From: an uncultured Candidatus Saccharibacteria bacterium
GTDB lineage: Bacteria; Patescibacteriota; Minisyncoccia; Phycocordibacterales; CSBR16-119
Assembly: GCA_964557535.1 (NCBI GenBank)
Contig: CAZLAD010000002.1
Location: 21,560-85,559, forward strand
Length of the DNA stretch: 64,000 nt
Reading direction: 5' to 3'
The stretch's first letter is position 1; the number at the start of each line of letters is the position of its first letter. The translations under genes and the position numbers were made by a program. Positions 26,472-37,046 of this stretch are shown piece by piece. Under the pieces are notes generated by a model. It saw only the letters and a program-made list of their open reading frames with translations, ran no database searches and was not told the origin of the DNA.

Positions 26472-26705
26472 AGTATTTTCAATTAGTTTATAAATCATGC
26501 AACAACTTTCGACCAAAAATTTTTTTCAAAAAAATATCTTGAAAAAAGTTGTCGCTGCTGTAACTAAATTATCTTACAAACAAAGTTTACTTACAATAAT
26601 TTAAAAACAAATGTGTGGATAACTCCTGTCCGAACAAAAATATTTTTGGACGAATTTTTAAAATAAATTTTTCGCAAAAATTATTTTTGTAAAAATAATT
26701 CTATT

Positions 26706-26939
26706 TTAGAAAATTAAAATCAAATTGATTAACGCAATAACGGCCCAAATGATATTTAGAATTGCTGGTTGATAGTCACGACGATGAAATGCATGAAAGA
26801 CGATGAAAACTGAACCGACGATATTTAAAATCAGATAAACCAAACTCTTTGTTTGGATAATTTCAAAAATATTCAACGTGTAGGCCGTTAAAATCAGAAC
26901 GATCCCAAACCAACTTAATAAATTTGAAAAATTTTTCAT
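26706..26939 (-). CDS. Small membrane protein (CBU_0592-like)
   Basis: W.G..LIL.AY.L...Y.ILNIVGS...LNIIW. Confidence 0.7.
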   Translation of the reverse strand: MKNFSNLLSWFGIVLILTAYTLNIFEIIQTKSLVYLILNIVGSVFIVFHAFHRRDYQPAILNIIWAVIALINLILIF

Positions 26940-27114
26940 AAGATTATTTTAGCATTAGTTACTTTATTGGCTTCTATTCTTTGTTTTATAAGCGCAACCA
27001 CCACCCAAACAGTAAAAATAATCAGTGCCCACTTTAAACTTATTACATCGAACGCCCTCTCGCCAAGCAACGACACGAGGCAGAATGCTTAGAATTTTAG
27101 GAGATTATTTATTT

Positions 27115-27678
27115 TCATAAATTTTCTATCGCCTCCAAAACAAACGGCACCGGACCAAAACCTTCTTCAGAAGTTATATGTCCGGCATTTGGTATGACAG
27201 TCACTTGTGCGCCCAGATTTTCTTCAAACTTCTTCTTGGTAATTTCAAGAGGCACAAATTTATCATTATCACTCAGAAAAACAATTGTCTTTCCGACAAC
27301 CTCTTTCAATTTCCCAAAATCAATCGGCGTTTCGATCCAAGGCTTGGCAATCTCCCCCACTTCGCCATTTTCAAGTCCGATCAAATCAAACCAACCCGCC
27401 ACAAAAACAACTCCGGCAACTTTTTTCTCTTGCTCTGCTAAAAATCTCATAATCGTCTGACAGCCAATGCTGTGACCGACAAATATTGTATTTTCATCAA
27501 TCTCGCCCGCTTCTTCGCGCAATTGCGAAACCCATTCACCAATTATGGGAGTTTCCGGATCTTTCATGTCAAAAGCAACAACCTCGTATTGTTTCTTTTT
27601 CAGTTCGCCAACAAGCCACGGGAACCAAAATGATTCCATGCTACCGTCCCAGCCATGAACCAAAATTACTTTTTTCAT
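27115..27678 (-). CDS. RBBP9/YdeN family alpha/beta hydrolase
   Basis: HGW, WFPWL, GHSIGC, SDND..VP, AGH. Confidence 0.88.
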   Translation of the reverse strand: MKKVILVHGWDGSMESFWFPWLVGELKKKQYEVVAFDMKDPETPIIGEWVSQLREEAGEIDENTIFVGHSIGCQTIMRFLAEQEKKVAGVVFVAGWFDLIGLENGEVGEIAKPWIETPIDFGKLKEVVGKTIVFLSDNDKFVPLEITKKKFEENLGAQVTVIPNAGHITSEEGFGPVPFVLEAIENL

Positions 27679-28241
27679 GAATTTATTTCTTCTAAAAGCT
27701 CTGGAAATTCTATCGTTCCAAGATCATCCAAACAAAAATGTCCCTTGTCAGTAAATTCAATAAATTTAATATTCTGTGTATTTTCTTTCAGGAGATTTAC
27801 GCTGTCGGTTATATAATCTTCGTCATCTGATGAAGATAGTACTGTGATTCCAGAAGTTTTGGAGACAATATCTGAATCAATCTTGAAATCAAACATACCT
27901 GTCGTTAGATATTTCTCGGTATCTAGCCATGGAGCGACCAAAACAACCTGCGAGACTTTTATATTATTTTCGCTCAACCAACGAACAATGAATCCGCCCC
28001 CACAACTATGTCCAATTAATATAGTTTCTTCGTCTGGATTTAATTGTTCAAATATTTTTCGCCAGTTTTCATATACGGGATTGTAAGGCTCTGGCATTTC
28101 CGGAGTCTGAGCCAAAATATTTTTTAATAAGAGTTTCTTTTGAATCCATGGAAGCCAATGACAATTCGATGAAGCTGGACGATTTACGTCGTAATATTCT
28201 TCCTTCGACGGCATCCCGTGAATTATGATTGCTTTCTTCAT
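27675..28241 (-). CDS. RBBP9/YdeN family alpha/beta hydrolase (tandem paralog)
   Basis: HGM, WLPW, GHSCGG, SSDD, KGHF. Confidence 0.85.
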   Translation of the reverse strand: MKKAIIIHGMPSKEEYYDVNRPASSNCHWLPWIQKKLLLKNILAQTPEMPEPYNPVYENWRKIFEQLNPDEETILIGHSCGGGFIVRWLSENNIKVSQVVLVAPWLDTEKYLTTGMFDFKIDSDIVSKTSGITVLSSSDDEDYITDSVNLLKENTQNIKFIEFTDKGHFCLDDLGTIEFPELLEEINS

Positions 28242-28242
28242 T

Positions 28243-28785
28243 TTAATTCTTCTCCAACCACTCGATCATTTTCTTGTAAGTTCCTTCGCCCGCTTGGCCA
28301 TCCGCTAGCAGACCTTGTTCTTGTTGGAATTTTTTGACCGCGTTTACGGTCGTATCGCCATAATCGTTATCCACACCCACTTTTATCCCGTATTCGTTTA
28401 GAAACTTCTGCACCGTTCCCACACGTGTTCCACGCGAACCTTTTTTCATGAGAATCTTGTCAGTAATGAGTTTTTGAATATCTTTTATAAGCTGTGCGTT
28501 TTCGCCCACCGGTGTCGTCGATGTCGGCACTTCATTTGGCTCAACAGGATTTGGGGTTGGTGCTTGTGGAGCAGGATCTACGACTGGAGTTTCTGGCGTC
28601 GTATTTTGTGGAGGAACGTAGCTATCTTCTGGTTCTGTCGTAACTACCGGACCTATATCTATAGACTCATAGCCTTCTATAATAGAGTCATTTGCAGAGT
28701 TAATGCTTTTAAATGCCCAAATTCCCAGAGCCACAACCCCAAAAATAAAGACAAATATTATAAAATTGGTCTTTAGGCTTTCCAT
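28243..28785 (-). CDS. Membrane-anchored peptidoglycan-binding domain protein
   Basis: TM segment, Pro/Thr linker, KGSRG..V..VQKFL...DNDYG..T..AVKKFQ...L.ADG.AG. Confidence 0.85.
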   Translation of the reverse strand: MESLKTNFIIFVFIFGVVALGIWAFKSINSANDSIIEGYESIDIGPVVTTEPEDSYVPPQNTTPETPVVDPAPQAPTPNPVEPNEVPTSTTPVGENAQLIKDIQKLITDKILMKKGSRGTRVGTVQKFLNEYGIKVGVDNDYGDTTVNAVKKFQQEQGLLADGQAGEGTYKKMIEWLEKN

Positions 28786-28955
28786 CTAGATAGTGATAGG
28801 TCACGATCTTTAGATTAATAAACTGTCAGACATTCCCCCGAGAGTAACCGCGTGCGCTATCGGGATCCATACAATAGATATTACCAAGTCCGAGTAACTT
28901 CGCCAAACGGCATGGGTGTTTGCAAAATTTTGAAGGCTTTGATAGTATATTCCCC

Positions 28956-29177
28956 ATGGAAGGAATACTCTCGTGGCTACAGATAATATTCTCTATCGTA
29001 CTGGTAATAACCATACTGTTACAGAAATCCGAATCAGGTATCGGAGGCACTTTTGGCGCTGGCAATGACGGCGGTGTGACATACCACAAAAGACGTGGTT
29101 TCGAGAAGTTTATTTTCTACATGACTATTGTATTCGCGGTGCTTTTAGTTGCTTCGCTTTTGGCAGAATTTTTCTAG
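28956..29177 (+). CDS. secG: Preprotein translocase subunit SecG
   Basis: ILLQKSESGIGGTFG...RRGFEKF; two TM segments. Confidence 0.9.
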   Translation: MEGILSWLQIIFSIVLVITILLQKSESGIGGTFGAGNDGGVTYHKRRGFEKFIFYMTIVFAVLLVASLLAEFF

Positions 29178-29236
29178 TCAGAATCTAATTTTTGACTCCT
29201 TAGACGCTTAAATTTATAGATACTATTTAATTAAAC

Positions 29237-31003
29237 ATGACAGAAACAAAAAGTCATTTGACTAAATTTACTTCGTCGATAATTCAAAATAAAAAAACTC
29301 TAAAAAATGTTTTGGATTCTTTTTCGCCGAAGCAAACATTTATTTTCATAACTTTATTCATAGTGATGCTTGTCAGCGTTTTGTTTATTTTGGGCAAAAT
29401 CAACAAAACATTTTTGGTCTATTTACCAGAAAGAGGTGGTGGGATTTCAGAGGGAATCATTGGCTCCCCACGGTTCATAAACCCCATACTTGCAATTTCA
29501 GACACGGACAAAGACCTAACTTCACTCGTATATTCCGGACTGATGAAGAAAAATCCAGATGGAACGATTGTTCCTGATATCGCAGAATCCTATACTATTT
29601 CCGAAAACGGATTAACTTATAGTTTCAAGATAAAGCCGGGCATCAAATTCCAAGACAATAATCCCCTCACAATCGATGACATAATCTTTACTGTCGAAAA
29701 AATCAAAGACGCGGTAGTCAAAAGCCCACTTGAATCAACATGGCAAGGCATCCTCGTTTCAAAAGATCAGAACGATCCGCAAACAATTGTTTTCAAACTA
29801 GCTGCTCCGTACGCATCATTTTTAGAAAATACAACTTTCGGAATCCTCCCAAAACATATTTGGAATGAATTTCAAACCGAAGAATTTAATTTATCGAAAG
29901 TAAATCTAGAAGCAATTGGTTCTGGCCCGTATAAAATTTCTTCTATAACCCAAAACAAAAATGGAGTTGTCGAAAAAATTGAATTAAATCAATGGCGTAG
30001 ATATTCCGGTAAAAAGCCCTTTATCAAAAAAATCAAACTTGTTTTCTATAGAAACGAAGCAGACATGATTCGAGCTTACCGCAGGGGTCGCGTGGACCAA
30101 ATCAGTTCCATAAGTCCGAAAAATGCCAACGAACTGCGCGATGCGGGATATCAGCCCACAACAGCTGTTTTGTCTAGGATTTTTGGACTATTTTTCAATC
30201 CAAACCAAAATGAAATATTTCGTGACAAAAGCATAATCACGGCGATCAATCTCGGAATAGACAAAGAAAAAATCATCGATGGAACTCTGTATGGTTTTGG
30301 AAAAGTGATCGACTCACCCGTAACCAATCAGGATTCGGATGAAAAAATCGACAACAATTTTGCCGAAAATTTATCAACCGCCCAAAACATCTTGGATAAT
30401 GCTGGATGGAAAATAAACGAAGCAACTGGTTTTCGAGAAAAATCTGGTAAAAGATTGCAATTTTCTATCTCGACAGCTGACGTCGGAGAACTCCGTGCCA
30501 CAAGTGAATCAATCAAAGAAGCTATGGCCAATCTCGGTATCGAGGTCTCAGTCAAAGTCTTTGAGATCGGGATGTTAAATCAGACCATCATTCGACCGAG
30601 AGACTACGAAGCACTATTTTTCGGTCAAATTGTTAGAAATGATTCGGACTTGTTTGCTTTTTGGCATTCGTCGCAAAGAAATGATCCCGGACTAAACATT
30701 TCTGTTTATACAAATGCCAGGGTAGACAAAATGCTCGAAGAACTAATTGCAACCACCGACCAGACGACAAGAGAAGCGAGACTTGCCGAGATAGCTAGTC
30801 AAATAAAATCTGATCTACCAGCAATCTTTATCTATTCGCCAGAATTTATTTACATGAAAAGTGAACGTATAAAAGGAATTGAGCTTGGTCAAATGACTTC
30901 TAGTTCAGAAAGATTTCTCGGAATAGCTGATTGGTATGTTAGAACTGACGCTGTGTGGAAGTTTTTGAAGCCAAAAGACGAACGCGCAATGACTGAAAAT
31001 TAA
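29237..31003 (+). CDS. Family 5 (peptide/nickel) ABC substrate-binding protein
   Basis: VYSGL...PDIAESY..S.NG.TY.F.IK...F.D...T.DDI.FT; IGSGPYK. Confidence 0.88.
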   Translation: MTETKSHLTKFTSSIIQNKKTLKNVLDSFSPKQTFIFITLFIVMLVSVLFILGKINKTFLVYLPERGGGISEGIIGSPRFINPILAISDTDKDLTSLVYSGLMKKNPDGTIVPDIAESYTISENGLTYSFKIKPGIKFQDNNPLTIDDIIFTVEKIKDAVVKSPLESTWQGILVSKDQNDPQTIVFKLAAPYASFLENTTFGILPKHIWNEFQTEEFNLSKVNLEAIGSGPYKISSITQNKNGVVEKIELNQWRRYSGKKPFIKKIKLVFYRNEADMIRAYRRGRVDQISSISPKNANELRDAGYQPTTAVLSRIFGLFFNPNQNEIFRDKSIITAINLGIDKEKIIDGTLYGFGKVIDSPVTNQDSDEKIDNNFAENLSTAQNILDNAGWKINEATGFREKSGKRLQFSISTADVGELRATSESIKEAMANLGIEVSVKVFEIGMLNQTIIRPRDYEALFFGQIVRNDSDLFAFWHSSQRNDPGLNISVYTNARVDKMLEELIATTDQTTREARLAEIASQIKSDLPAIFIYSPEFIYMKSERIKGIELGQMTSSSERFLGIADWYVRTDAVWKFLKPKDERAMTEN

Positions 31004-31033
31004 AAAACAAAAATTAATTATAAAAAATAAAAT

Positions 31034-33001
31034 ATGATAAAAAAAGGAGACGAGCGAAACAACGCGAGCCGAACTAGAACCTATGTTTCTAATGGAGCAC
31101 CCAAGAAAAAGACGCACACCTCGACATCGGTTGTTGGTGCCAGCGCGCCAAAACAAGCGCCACGCAGACCAAACCAAGGATCAACAAAAAAAGCTTTCGG
31201 TGACAAACCCATATCTGGACAGACGAGAAATTTTAGAACGCAAAAACCGTCCGGGAATTTCCGTTCCGGTGATCAAAGACCGTCTCATAACCACCCCGAA
31301 CGCAAGAGTGCTGATAAAATTCCGCCACTCGCACCAGGTGATATCCGCATAATTCCACTTGGAGGCGTCGAAGAAATCGGTCGCAACATGACGATTGTTG
31401 AAATGAACGATCAGATCATCGTTATCGATGCTGGTATAGAATTTGCCGACGAAGATAATCCGGGTGTGAATTATATTATCCCAAACACTAGATATCTAGA
31501 GGAAAACAAACACAAAATCAAAGCATTGGTTATCACGCACGGACACCTCGACCACATCGGCGGAATTCCCTATCTCATCGACCGTATTGGAAATCCACCA
31601 ATATATACTCGTGAGTTTGGAGCATTGCTTATCAAATCAAAAGCGACGGATTTCCCAGGTCTCAAACTCAACATAAAAATAGTTGAGAAAGACGACGGAG
31701 CAATTCCTCTGTCACCTGACTTCAAAGTGCGCTTCTTTGGTCTGACTCACTCTATTCCAGACTCCACAGGAGTAATCATTGAAACTCCTTATGGTGACAT
31801 CGTCTCAACCGGAGATGTTCGTATTGAAAACACCGATGGCGTACCGGCTGAGAAAGAAATTGCCCAATATGAAATTTTCAAAAACCGCAAAGTCCTTCTC
31901 ATGACGATGGATTCCACTGGAATCACTACGCCAGGATGGTCACAATCTGAACGAAAAGTTATTGAAACGATCGACGGTATCATGAAAAACGTTACTGGTA
32001 GATTGATTATTGCTACATTCGCCTCGCAAGTCGAACGCATTGTTGAATTCATAAAGATCGCCAAAAAGTACGGTAAATATGTGGTCGTCGAAGGCCGTTC
32101 GATGAAAACAAACATCGGTATTGTCGAACAGCTTAAACTTACAGAAATGTCACATGTCATTCCTGTCGAAGAAATGGAAAATTACCCACCACACAAAATC
32201 ATGATGCTTGCAACTGGCGCTCAGGGTGAGGAATTCGCCGCTCTCATGCGTATGGCAAACAAAACACACAAACAAGTGCGTCTAACGCCACACGACACCA
32301 TCATCCTCTCGTCATCAGTTATTCCCGGCAACGAAATGTCAGTAACGAAGCTCAAGGACAATCTATACCGAAGTGACGCCAAGATCATAACGTACATCGA
32401 TAACGTCGTTCATGCTTCTGGTCACGGTAAGCGAGATGAGCTCATGTGGATTCATAGCCAAATAAAATACAAATATTTTATGCCAGTCCATGGACATCAC
32501 CACTTTGTCAAAATCCACGCCGAATTGGCGGTTGCTCGTGGCGCAAAACCAGAAAACGTCATAGTTCCAGACGACGGATCAATTATCGAAATCAGAGATA
32601 AGGGCGAAAGTATCACCAAACTCAAAGAAAAAGCCCCGGCAGACGCAGTTATCATCGACGGTCTCTCTGTTTCTGACACTCAACACTTGGTTATCCGCGA
32701 CAGAAAAGCTCTGGCCCAAGACGGAATCTTTATGATTATCGTCATGATCGACGTTCACAATAAAAAAGTAAAAAAATCCCCAGACCTAATTTCACGTGGA
32801 TTTGTTTATCTCAAAGAAAATCAAGAACTTCTGAAAAAAGCCCGCACAATGATCAAAACCACGACCGAAGAAACAATACTAGGTATGGACCCGATTGATT
32901 TTGACTATGTCAAAGACACCATCAACCGAAAAATCTCGAAATTCCTGTTCCAGTCAACTGGTAAGCGCCCTGTCGTTATCCCAGTAGTGCTCAGTGTCTA
33001 A
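31034..33001 (+). CDS. rnj: Ribonuclease J
   Basis: PLGGVEEIGRNM, THGHLDHIGG, HSIPD, HASGH. Confidence 0.95.
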   Translation: MIKKGDERNNASRTRTYVSNGAPKKKTHTSTSVVGASAPKQAPRRPNQGSTKKAFGDKPISGQTRNFRTQKPSGNFRSGDQRPSHNHPERKSADKIPPLAPGDIRIIPLGGVEEIGRNMTIVEMNDQIIVIDAGIEFADEDNPGVNYIIPNTRYLEENKHKIKALVITHGHLDHIGGIPYLIDRIGNPPIYTREFGALLIKSKATDFPGLKLNIKIVEKDDGAIPLSPDFKVRFFGLTHSIPDSTGVIIETPYGDIVSTGDVRIENTDGVPAEKEIAQYEIFKNRKVLLMTMDSTGITTPGWSQSERKVIETIDGIMKNVTGRLIIATFASQVERIVEFIKIAKKYGKYVVVEGRSMKTNIGIVEQLKLTEMSHVIPVEEMENYPPHKIMMLATGAQGEEFAALMRMANKTHKQVRLTPHDTIILSSSVIPGNEMSVTKLKDNLYRSDAKIITYIDNVVHASGHGKRDELMWIHSQIKYKYFMPVHGHHHFVKIHAELAVARGAKPENVIVPDDGSIIEIRDKGESITKLKEKAPADAVIIDGLSVSDTQHLVIRDRKALAQDGIFMIIVMIDVHNKKVKKSPDLISRGFVYLKENQELLKKARTMIKTTTEETILGMDPIDFDYVKDTINRKISKFLFQSTGKRPVVIPVVLSV

Positions 33002-33023
33002 AATTGTTTGCTACAATTAAAGT

Positions 33024-34199
33024 ATGCAAAAAAACAAACCTGATTTATCTGGTCAAAAAATACGTTCGGTTTTCTTGATTGGTTTTCTGCTTACGGTTGC
33101 ACTTGCCCTCACTGGCTACATCGATTCGAGCTTCCTTGGAACCAAAGTCAACGTCAAAACAGTTGGGCTTTTGTTCTCTCTTGGGTCCATCGCCTCTATC
33201 GTCTTTCTAACTTATCTGCCAGAAATATTGAAAAAGATAGGTATTCGTGGCGTTTTCCATTTGACGGGATTGACCTACCTCGTGTCAGTTCTAGGAATGT
33301 TGAATACCGAAACACCTTTGGTTTTCGGAATATTGTTTATCTTTTATATTGCTTCGGGCTACGGCATGTATTTCGCTATTGATCTACTCATAGAAAGCAT
33401 GTCCAAAAAGAAAACAACTGGTGTGACACGCGGGATTTATCTTGCGATTTACAACTTGGCGTATCTTCTCGGACCACTTCTGGCCGGAATGATTCTAAAA
33501 GATAATTCTTTTAATCTCGTATACCTCATCGCCGGAGTGTTTGTTATTATCATGTTTTTGGTCTTCATCAAAGATTTGGAAAAGCTCGACATTGAAACCT
33601 CGCATCGAAAGATTTCCCCGCCCGAAATCATCAATCGACTTTTTAGAAGTGAGAACCTTTTTAATATTTTTATCGTAAGCTTGATGCTGTCATTTTTCTT
33701 CAGCTGGATGGCTATTTACACGCCTATTTATCTTCATACATTTTTGGGATTTAATTGGCAACAAATCGGCACAATGTTTGCCATCATGCACATCCCCTAT
33801 ATTACTCTCGAGGTCCCGATCGGACGTTTGGCTGACAAATACAATTGTGAAAAATATTTACTCACGATTGGTCTCGTCATCATAGGACTCTCGACTGCCG
33901 GTCTATCTCTTTTTGCCGATGGTAGTTTCTGGGCTTGGACTCTGGGGCTTGCAATAACTCGTGTCGGCGCAAGTTTTGTACAAGTTGGCCACGAAAGCTA
34001 CTTTTTCAAGCGTGTCGACGCGCAAGACTCACACATGATTGCACTTTACCGAAACGCCTCTCCGCTTGCATATATCTTGGGACCAATAATCGGAACGATT
34101 GTTTTAGCATTTACAAATTACAATGCTTTGTTTATAGTGCTCGGAGTTATCATGCTTGGCGTCACCTACTTTAGTGTACGCCTAAAGAAATTTCGATGA
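33024..34199 (+). CDS. MFS transporter
   Basis: About 12 TM segments; GRLADKY motif. Confidence 0.85.
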   Translation: MQKNKPDLSGQKIRSVFLIGFLLTVALALTGYIDSSFLGTKVNVKTVGLLFSLGSIASIVFLTYLPEILKKIGIRGVFHLTGLTYLVSVLGMLNTETPLVFGILFIFYIASGYGMYFAIDLLIESMSKKKTTGVTRGIYLAIYNLAYLLGPLLAGMILKDNSFNLVYLIAGVFVIIMFLVFIKDLEKLDIETSHRKISPPEIINRLFRSENLFNIFIVSLMLSFFFSWMAIYTPIYLHTFLGFNWQQIGTMFAIMHIPYITLEVPIGRLADKYNCEKYLLTIGLVIIGLSTAGLSLFADGSFWAWTLGLAITRVGASFVQVGHESYFFKRVDAQDSHMIALYRNASPLAYILGPIIGTIVLAFTNYNALFIVLGVIMLGVTYFSVRLKKFR

Positions 34200-34279
34200 A
34201 TCCCATTAGAGATACCCTTATTTAAGCCTACAATAAAAAATTTATGAAAAAAACGAATGACAAAATCTCTAACGGGATG
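34199..34279. repeat. ATG-terminating inverted-repeat (MITE-like) element
   Basis: AATCCCATTAGAGAT ... ATCTCTAACGGGATG. Confidence 0.7.
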
Positions 34280-34969
34280 AGAATAAACAAATATCTGGCT
34301 CACAAAAATTATGCCACCCGCCGAGGCGCAGACGCCCTTATATCTGCCGGAAAAGTCCTTATAAACGGTAAAAAAGCCGTGCTTGGCGATCAGGTAACCG
34401 AAACTGACAAAGTCACCCTCAAAGGCGATGTGGCTGCCACAGAGGCAAAATACGCCTACTACGCCTACTATAAACCGACAGGAGTCTCGACCATCGGTGG
34501 TACAACCGAAGAGAAAAGTATAAACGATGTGGCCAAATTCCCCGAGCGAGTCTTTCCGCTCGGTCGCCTAGACAAAGATTCCGAAGGATTACTTTTGATG
34601 ACCAACGATGGTCGCCTAACCGACAAACTTCTCAATCCCAAAAACGATCACGATAAAGAATACTTGGTCACACTCGAGGAAGAAATTACGCATCAGTTCT
34701 TGGTCAAAATGGGACTTGGGGTAAAAATCGGCGACTACAAAACAAAAAAAACAAAAATTCGTCGTGTCGATAAACATTCATTCGAAATAATTCTAACTGA
34801 AGGCAAAAATCGTCAAATTAGAAAAATGTGCGGAAACCTAGGATTCAAAGTCAAATATTTAAAACGCATCCGTATCATGAACATTCTCTTGGGCAAACTA
34901 AAACCAAATCAATTTAGAAAACTAACCCCTGCCGAACTTAAAACACTTTTCAAAGACTTGGGATTTTAA
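34277..34969 (+). CDS. RsuA/RluB/RluF-family rRNA pseudouridine synthase
   Basis: S4 domain start MRINKYLA, GRLDKDSEGL, EGKNRQIR. Confidence 0.92.
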   Translation: MRINKYLAHKNYATRRGADALISAGKVLINGKKAVLGDQVTETDKVTLKGDVAATEAKYAYYAYYKPTGVSTIGGTTEEKSINDVAKFPERVFPLGRLDKDSEGLLLMTNDGRLTDKLLNPKNDHDKEYLVTLEEEITHQFLVKMGLGVKIGDYKTKKTKIRRVDKHSFEIILTEGKNRQIRKMCGNLGFKVKYLKRIRIMNILLGKLKPNQFRKLTPAELKTLFKDLGF

Positions 34970-35005
34970 AAAGAAAAACCAGAGCGATCTGGTTTTTCTT
35001 TTTGA

Positions 35006-35275
35006 TTATTTCTTGATTGCTTTTTTGACGGCTTTCTTCATCACGGCGACTTGCTTGGCGACCTTCTTTACTGTTTTCTTGGCGTTCGCAACTTTTTTCT
35101 TGGCGGCACCCATCATGGCTTTGCCGGTTACTTTCGCTTTGGCCATTACCTTCTTTACCTTGGCGCGATTTTTCTTACCATTTGGTCCAAGTAACATATA
35201 TGCCGCTGTTCCCGCTGCCACGACTCCTGCACCAATTGCTAACTTCTTGCCTAGATTTCCTTTTTTCTTTGCCAT
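35006..35275 (-). CDS. Lys/Ala-rich small protein with one hydrophobic segment
   Basis: Amino-acid composition; bidirectional terminator at 34968-35003. Confidence 0.7.
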   Translation of the reverse strand: MAKKKGNLGKKLAIGAGVVAAGTAAYMLLGPNGKKNRAKVKKVMAKAKVTGKAMMGAAKKKVANAKKTVKKVAKQVAVMKKAVKKAIKK

Positions 35276-35341
35276 AATATTTTCTTTCTTAGTTTAATAA
35301 TCTTTGCTTTCCTGTTTTATTATACTCCAAAAATCACCGAA

Positions 35342-35623
35342 TCAAGACTTTTTCTTCCTGCGCCCTCCCAGGGCTTTGCGCGTAGACGGTTTCACTTCCG
35401 GAAACATCAACCTAAACAGAAAGCTCTCTTTGACGCGGGCAACCATGTCTTTAGCATCATTACTAACTTCGTTCGCACTAGTTTCGATATTTTTTGCAAT
35501 CCTGTTACAAGTCGAAAGAAATTGAGCCAAGTGAAAAAGTGCAAAAATAATTCCAGCTGTTATTACAACAACGGCAATCGTCGTAACGAAGAAGAAAATG
35601 TCGGCTTTCATAAATGTTTCCAT
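35342..35623 (-). CDS. Single-TM hypothetical protein (METFMKADIFFFVTT...)
   Basis: TM segment followed by a helical region. Confidence 0.65.
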   Translation of the reverse strand: METFMKADIFFFVTTIAVVVITAGIIFALFHLAQFLSTCNRIAKNIETSANEVSNDAKDMVARVKESFLFRLMFPEVKPSTRKALGGRRKKKS

Positions 35624-35705
35624 CCCGGTAGTGATTGTCGCGGTCTTAAAAATAATAAACTTCAGATAATTTCCCCGAAGCTTATCGCAATCACTGTCGG
35701 GATCC
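35621..35705. repeat. ATG-terminating inverted-repeat element
   Basis: CATCCCGGTAGTGATTG ... CAATCACTGTCGGGATC. Confidence 0.6.
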
Positions 35706-35745
35706 ATGTCTAAATTATAGCAGATACTCGTGCTAATATACCCAC

Positions 35746-37017
35746 ATGAAAGACAAAGTCTGGGACGTGATCGTCGTGGGTGGTGGACCAGCTGGCATGA
35801 TGGCGGCTATTTCTGCATCTGGGAAAGGCGCACAAGTAATCCTGATCGAGAAAAATCGAACTCTTGGCAAGAAACTCCTCATCACCGGTGGGGGGCGCTG
35901 TAATGTGACCAATGCGGAATTTGACGACCGTAAACTTCTAGCCAAATTCCGGGGTCAAGGGAAATTTCTCTTTTCAGCATTTGATAAATGGAACGTCGAG
36001 AAAACTCTCGAATTTTTCCACACCAGAAACATGCCAACTAAAATTGAAAACGAGAAGCGCGTCTTCCCCGTTTCTGATTCGGCCCAGTCCGTCTGGGATG
36101 TTCTCGTTGACGAAATGAAAAAAAATCATGTAACTATTCTTTCTAACTCTCCGGTCACCGAAATAATCCTAAGTGACGACAAAAAATCCGTCCTCGGCGT
36201 AGCTCTTAAAAACAAAACTAAAGTATTGGGCAAGTCGGTCATCATCGCAACCGGAGGCACGTCTCGTCCCGAGACAGGATCGACTGGCGATGGCTACAAA
36301 TGGCTCGACAAAATCGGTCATACGATATCCAAACCGACGGCTTCACTGGTGCCGATCGCGGTCAAAGACAGATGGGTTAAATCTCTCGCTGGAATAAGTC
36401 TAAGAGATATAAAAATCAGTCTATTCCAAAACAATGTTCTCCAAGAAAAAATCTTGGGTAAAATTCTATTCACTCACGTCGGTGTCTCTGGTCCAACAAT
36501 TCTCAATATGAGTAAAAGTATAGGCGAACTACTCAAGTACGGCGTAGTCACGGTGTTGCTTGATCTATTGCCGACAATGAACCACGGAGATCTCAATCTC
36601 GGACTCCAAGAAATATTCAATAAAAATCCAACCAAGAAGTTCAAAAATGTTTTGGGCGAATTGGTGCCAAATGCAATGTCTCCAGTCATTGTCGAACTCT
36701 CTGGAATCAATCCGGACATCATCTGCAATGCCGTGTCTCGCGAGCAAAGACTAGCTTTGGTGAAATTACTCAAAGGCATTCCGCTCCATGTCGACAAACT
36801 TCTCGGTCTCGACAAGGCCGTCATCTCATCTGGTGGAGTAGACTTACGTGAAGTTGATTTCAAAACTTGCGCTTCTCGCTTGTACCCAAACCTCTATCTA
36901 ATTGGAGATATACTAAATATTGACCGGCCATCAGGTGGTTACTCTCTGCAACTTTGCTGGACGACTGGACATGTCGCCGGTATTTCATCCACAGAAAAAC
37001 TTTTTTCGAGAAAATAA
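35746..37017 (+). CDS. HI0933/YhiN/BaiN family flavoprotein
   Basis: GGGPAG, KLLITGGGRCNVTN, ATGG, SGGV, GGYSLQ. Confidence 0.92.
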   Translation: MKDKVWDVIVVGGGPAGMMAAISASGKGAQVILIEKNRTLGKKLLITGGGRCNVTNAEFDDRKLLAKFRGQGKFLFSAFDKWNVEKTLEFFHTRNMPTKIENEKRVFPVSDSAQSVWDVLVDEMKKNHVTILSNSPVTEIILSDDKKSVLGVALKNKTKVLGKSVIIATGGTSRPETGSTGDGYKWLDKIGHTISKPTASLVPIAVKDRWVKSLAGISLRDIKISLFQNNVLQEKILGKILFTHVGVSGPTILNMSKSIGELLKYGVVTVLLDLLPTMNHGDLNLGLQEIFNKNPTKKFKNVLGELVPNAMSPVIVELSGINPDIICNAVSREQRLALVKLLKGIPLHVDKLLGLDKAVISSGGVDLREVDFKTCASRLYPNLYLIGDILNIDRPSGGYSLQLCWTTGHVAGISSTEKLFSRK

Positions 37018-37046
37018 TTTTATATAATTGGTAAAACCCATCTGCC

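Noticed and set aside
26300-26482. 60-aa ORF from the track
   Set aside because: Wrong frame; the Lys/Ala-rich ORF at 26379-26471 has an ATG start, a coherent composition and stops before the terminator.
26614-26622. oriC from DnaA boxes (also 43300-43308)
   Set aside because: The boxes are isolated, with no cluster and no dnaA or dnaN nearby.
28790-28925. tmRNA, SRP RNA or c-di-AMP riboswitch
   Set aside because: No tRNA-like ends, no SRP domain IV motif and no ydaO consensus are visible.
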